Assembly (NCBI RefSeq): GCF_037042905.1
Contig: NC_087251.1
Coordinates: 28,522,001-28,586,000 of the forward strand
Length of the DNA: 64,000 bases
Reading direction: 5' to 3'
Source of the DNA: Lytechinus pictus
Lineage: Eukaryota
A model generated the notes under the pieces. It searched no databases. It worked only from the letters and a program-made list of their open reading frames with translations, and was not told the origin of the DNA. Positions within the stretch are counted from its first letter, which is position 1. The number at the start of each line of letters is the position of its first letter. Positions 62,701-64,000 of this stretch are shown piece after piece. The translations under genes were made by a program, and so were the position numbers.

Positions 62701-63633
62701 AATATACCATTGGGCCTTCATATTGCACTGAGGGAACATAAGGCTGTGAGAAGACTTGATATTATTATACTCAGTTTGTGATGTCTGAGGATTAAGTAAT
62801 GGAAGTTTGATTTCAAGCTAGAGAACATACAGAGAGAAGGATCCAGGATCATCAGCCAAGGGTTTTACCCATAAACTTTCAAATCCTTGATTGTGCCAAC
62901 ATTGATATGTGATTGATCCTTCACTGTTATATGGAAATGGAGCATTTAAAGACTCCGGTAAAGGAGTTCAGGGCTTCTTCCCTCTCCTCTCCTGCTACTT
63001 CCCCCGTAACCCCAAGGTACAAAATAAACATGGGCTCTGTTGAAGAAGAAGAAGAAGAGGACCAAGAATTCAATATTTTCAGCTTACTTAAACCTAGGTA
63101 GGTCACTAAAAGAGTGCTGAAATAGAGGGTGTTAATTTTTTTGTAAAATGGTACTTGATGGGGTTTTTCTGTAAAGTGGAGAATGTTTGATGTTGATTTA
63201 TGCTTCTAGATTCAATCTTCGTGCTCTGAAATTGATTCTGCACAAAATGTGTGAACGTGTGAGGCTTAATTCTCTATTTCTGATCTCCCGTGTCAATCCT
63301 TAATTTTCATCATCAGAAGCAATCACTGTTTGCTTGTGTCAAGAACATGCAGCTAAACATTCTTATTTAATTTTCAAATGAATGACAATGAACAATAATT
63401 TTAAACTGAGTATTGCTTTGATGATATTGATGCAAGTCGGAAATTTCATCAAATTTCATTATACTTTCAGAGTGAAGAAGTTGAAAGACACCTTGACTGC
63501 CGTCCAGCAGCTGGAGCAGGACATGAGTAAACTACGAGAATGGTTAAGCAGAGTAGAAAGAGAACTCAACACTCCGCTCACATACGAAACGTGTCATATG
63601 CTGGAGATAGAAACCAAACAGAAATTTCATGAG
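14503..63633 (+). CDS. SYNE1: Nesprin-1-like giant spectrin-repeat protein (LINC complex), partial: 25 spliced exons, 1691 codons; gene extends beyond both window edges
   Basis: Exons thread into one open frame with canonical AG/GT and consistent phases (21 phase-0 and 3 phase-2 introns). The translation has spectrin-repeat Trp/heptad patterns. Segments such as LNEIGYR..QQQNFAQKCKSWMKFLADTEQSLAVDIAGSYDELLEQQKVYELFEADIFNRQQIL and ASDIEYKLAKLNDRW..ARVKKLKDTLTAVQQL closely resemble vertebrate nesprin-1 as recalled. Confidence 0.92.
16424..16561 (+). CDS. SYNE1: Nesprin exon (DTPFVHHLPARRNLQL...WAKMESQ)
   Basis: ttgctag|GAT ... CAG|gtaggg; 138 nt open, phase 0-0; absent from the ORF track. Confidence 0.82.
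16660..16908. repeat. (CAT)n imperfect microsatellite
   Basis: Direct reading; explains the poly-H/I/S/D/M ORFs. Confidence 0.95.
21275..21362. repeat. (GAT)n imperfect microsatellite
   Basis: Direct reading. Confidence 0.9.
23425..23583 (+). CDS. SYNE1: Nesprin exon (VSDQQSRLEQ...QLTEHA)
   Basis: gtttcag|GTA ... GCT|gtaaga; 159 nt. Confidence 0.88.
24014..24226 (+). CDS. SYNE1: Nesprin exon (ALQEELKTFQ...QFQGFQ)
   Basis: ctccag|GCA ... CAG|gtaaag; 213 nt. Confidence 0.9.
24471..25170. repeat. ~700-bp (CCT/CCC)n homopyrimidine tract
   Basis: Direct reading; explains the poly-P/L/S/R/G ORFs. Confidence 0.95.
25373..25483 (+). CDS. SYNE1: Nesprin exon (RDLQSFQLWL...NIIINK)
   Basis: ttacag|AGA ... 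AAG|gtaaat; 111 nt. Confidence 0.86.
27734..28314. mobile_element. Foldback MITE with TTAA target duplication (Kolobok-like)
   Basis: ttaa|agggatggtccgggct ... agcccggaccatccct|ttaa; ~190-bp inverted arms. Confidence 0.88.
28550..28880. repeat. CT-rich minisatellite, 104-bp period
   Basis: ctacattaatctccctctctct recurs at 28633, 28737 and 28841. Confidence 0.85.
30021..30215 (+). CDS. SYNE1: Nesprin exon (VLESEANG...AKILQ)
   Basis: caacag|GTC ... CAG|gtcagc; 195 nt. Confidence 0.88.
30791..30916 (+). CDS. SYNE1: Nesprin exon (EQYHKILKDY...LQKHK)
   Basis: tactag|GAA ... AAG|gtaaaa; 126 nt. Confidence 0.88.
31139..33624 (+). mobile_element. tRNA-derived SINE split by a nested insertion (31139-31190 plus 33385-33624)
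   Basis: A-box tggcctagtgg; B-box region gagggtcgt|ttctaatccc interrupted; CORE-like ccttTggcaag...gggtaccc body; (tta)n tail. Confidence 0.72.
31191..33384 (+). mobile_element. Non-autonomous Helentron/DINE-1-like element with an 11-unit 163-bp tandem array
   Basis: 5' subterminal gtctcgcctgcat with a local hairpin (gtctcgc...gcgagac) and short (ggc)n; tandem array; inverted partner atgcaggtgagtc near the 3' end; T-rich insertion site with no clear TSD. Confidence 0.8.
34027..34329 (+). CDS. SYNE1: Nesprin exon (EFFSDLDTHHIL...IHKYQ)
   Basis: atatag|GAA ... CAG|gtaatg; 303 nt open. Confidence 0.88.
34709..35026 (+). CDS. SYNE1: Nesprin exon (AMKGLLEGKQ...LEEFS)
   Basis: tttccag|GCA ... 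TCT|gtaagt; 318 nt. Confidence 0.9.
35615..35803 (+). CDS. SYNE1: Nesprin exon (KLQKDIETHT...LHQSQ)
   Basis: ttacag|AAA ... CAG|gttggt; 189 nt. Confidence 0.87.
36419..36556 (+). CDS. SYNE1: Nesprin exon (MELLPSRQAL...VQVYK)
   Basis: ttgcag|ATG ... AAG|gtatgt; 138 nt. Confidence 0.9.
36997..38021 (+). mobile_element. Second copy of the same Helentron/DINE-like family with 4 units
   Basis: Same termini as the 31191 copy (gtctcgcctgcat ... atgcaggcgagac ... ccacttgtt); unit spacings 192, 163, 163, 163. Confidence 0.8.
38241..38387 (+). CDS. SYNE1: Nesprin exon (GYKVDLSCHLLTVEFVNQS...MNQRWQ)
   Basis: gtacag|GGT ... CAG|gtatga; 147 nt; the LTVEFVNQS..DKTDFAE motif is recognisable from nesprin-1. 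Confidence 0.92.
38411..38980. mobile_element. Small MITE carrying a nested palindromic element (~38432-38891)
   Basis: Outer inverted ends tcaggggag / ctcccctga; inner CpG-rich segment with a long imperfect palindrome at ~38447-38615. Confidence 0.55.
39399..39584 (+). CDS. SYNE1: Nesprin exon (ALNGRVGEE...LRTCQ)
   Basis: ttacag|GCC ... CAG|gtatgt; 186 nt. Confidence 0.9.
39964..40275 (+). CDS. SYNE1: Nesprin exon (AIEEHIKSK...TTKLR)
   Basis: taacag|GCT ... AGG|gtaggt; 312 nt. Confidence 0.9.
41544..42009. mobile_element. Tc1/mariner-like MITE
   Basis: ta|cagtgcgtcccataaaaaaggaaacc ... ggtttccttttttgtgggatgcactt|ta. Confidence 0.78.
42132..42265 (+). CDS. SYNE1: Nesprin exon (GVQLELRSS...NISS/R)
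   Basis: tcatag|GGA ... AG|gtattc; 134 nt, phase 0-2. Confidence 0.87.
42770..43019 (+). CDS. SYNE1: Nesprin exon (WSKAEDEL...CTKCQ)
   Basis: tgatag|G TGG ... CAG|gtatga; 250 nt, phase 2-0. Confidence 0.9.
43359..43487 (+). CDS. SYNE1: Nesprin exon (EILVDVESY...VLQQ)
   Basis: ttacag|GAG ... CAG|gtcagt; 129 nt. Confidence 0.86.
44027..44224 (+). CDS. SYNE1: Nesprin exon (RLDTLQQSL...MDKLK)
   Basis: ccccag|CGT ... AAG|gtaagt; 198 nt. Confidence 0.9.
44949..45251 (+). CDS. SYNE1: Nesprin exon (LLLVDFTENQ...QKVYE)
   Basis: tttcag|TTA ... GAG|gtgagc; 303 nt. Confidence 0.92.
46076..46269 (+). CDS. SYNE1: Nesprin exon (LFEADIFNRQQ...DRNI/R)
   Basis: atgcag|CTG ... AG|gtaaga; 194 nt, phase 0-2. 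Confidence 0.92.
46725..46857 (+). CDS. SYNE1: Nesprin exon (DWQSYRTSL...HEQTK)
   Basis: acacag|G GAT ... AAG|gtaatg; 133 nt, phase 2-0. Confidence 0.9.
47258..47578 (+). CDS. SYNE1: Nesprin exon (MTQKLVSVQE...LQRCK)
   Basis: tctcag|ATG ... AAG|gtgagt; 321 nt. Confidence 0.92.
47818..48132 (+). CDS. SYNE1: Nesprin exon (ETENGFGN...QRLQG)
   Basis: gtacag|GAG ... GGG|gtgagt; 315 nt. Confidence 0.92.
48673..48862. mobile_element. Short palindromic MITE
   Basis: gggacccgtttcataaaaacttt...ctctggcaaatt / aatttgccagag...aaagttttatgcaacgggtccc. Confidence 0.75.
50936..51760. mobile_element. Non-autonomous DNA transposon (Harbinger-like TIRs) with subterminal aatcatgatt repeats
   Basis: gggtgcgtttatccg ... 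cgcataaacgcagcc; multiple palindromic aatcatgatt units at both ends. Confidence 0.8.
52658..52992. mobile_element. One-ended transposon fragment
   Basis: CpG-rich insert absent from the paralogous copy; ends tagtgagaacagcct with subterminal aaactagttt repeats; no matching left TIR. Confidence 0.65.
56094..56183 (+). CDS. Candidate alternative first coding exon (MELLYFKMVDMPADIASTLEYLDELQHDIM)
   Basis: 30 open codons ending at ATG|gtatct, phase 0 matching exon 56996; second ATG in caaaATGg context; the donor is weak. Confidence 0.4.
56996..57162 (+). CDS. SYNE1: Nesprin exon (EYQDEIKQAK...LVDA/R)
   Basis: ttctag|GAA ... AG|gtgagt; 167 nt, phase 0-2; absent from the ORF track. Confidence 0.92.
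57369..58294. mobile_element. Tc1/mariner-like MITE (same family as 41544, opposite orientation) containing a SINE
   Basis: ta|cagtgcgtccca ... tgggatgctctg|ta; reverse complement of its right end matches the left end of the 41544 element (gatagatttcacaattattaa). Confidence 0.78.
57604..57994 (-). mobile_element. tRNA-derived SINE with a Deu-like central domain
   Basis: On the minus strand: A-box tggctcagtcgg, B-box ggttcaagtcc, central ggataggacgttaaa...gcacgttaagaacccactgcacttttcg...agagtagggg resembling the Deu domain as recalled, (taa) tail; gacaatt on both flanks. Confidence 0.78.
61064..61658. mobile_element. Foldback MITE of a related TTAA family
   Basis: ttaa|aggtcaagtccac ... gtggacttgtcct|ttga; long inverted arms; shares the gaaaatttcatc(a/g)aaatcgga core with the 27734 element. 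Confidence 0.85.
62931..63097 (+). CDS. Candidate alternative first coding exon of a short (alpha-like) nesprin isoform (MEMEHLKTPVK...SLLKP/R)
   Basis: In-frame TGA at 62910, then 55 open codons, then donor AG|gtaggt in phase 2, matching the phase-2 acceptor at 63471. Confidence 0.65.
63471..63633 (+). CDS. SYNE1: Nesprin exon (VKKLKDTL...QKFHE)
   Basis: tttcag|A GTG ... GAG|gtaagt; 163 nt, phase 2-0. Confidence 0.92.
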
Positions 63634-64000
63634 GTAAGTTTGACGAGTGGAAATTAGTTTTCTTATGTAGAGATGATTCAGAGGGACCCACTTGGTTTGG
63701 GAAGTGTAGTATATTGCTTTGATGCATGTAGCTCACATTGATCTAGAAAAATGTATTCATGGTTTTGCATTGGCAAGGCATACATTTAAATGCATGCGGT
63801 CAAGAATCCATCTGGTTTGTCTTCATTTTACATACCAGTCTACATTATATCTTATTTTATTGACTGCATGCATGTGAATGATTCAGAATATTTTGTTAAA
63901 GATTATAAATTGATGATTTCCCCCTTTAAAAATAACTTTTCATGATTCGCATCCATAGGACCAGTTTTGACAGTTCTATCATTTCCCAACCATGATACAT

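Overview
AT-rich eukaryotic (animal) genomic DNA lying entirely inside one large + strand gene. I can thread 25 consecutive GT-AG exons (14503-63633; 5073 nt, 1691 codons, phases all consistent) encoding spectrin repeats. From memory, they match the C-terminal half of the vertebrate nesprin-1 (SYNE1) rod. The N-terminal CH domains and C-terminal KASH domain lie outside the window. The repeat content suggests an invertebrate deuterostome such as a sea urchin (inference). Introns carry MITEs, two tRNA-derived SINEs, two Helentron/DINE-like elements with 163-bp tandem arrays, a 1.55-kb tandem duplication and microsatellites. Highlights: (1) several phase-compatible candidate alternative first exons, one at the junction I recall vertebrate nesprin-1alpha2 using and one encoding CDK sites plus a D-box consensus; (2) transposon arrays whose every unit carries chained nuclear-receptor response elements; (3) decayed copies of exon boundaries next to at least six exons; (4) a transposon sitting exactly at the junction of the tandem duplication. 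No database searches were run, so family names and homologies are recognition from memory.
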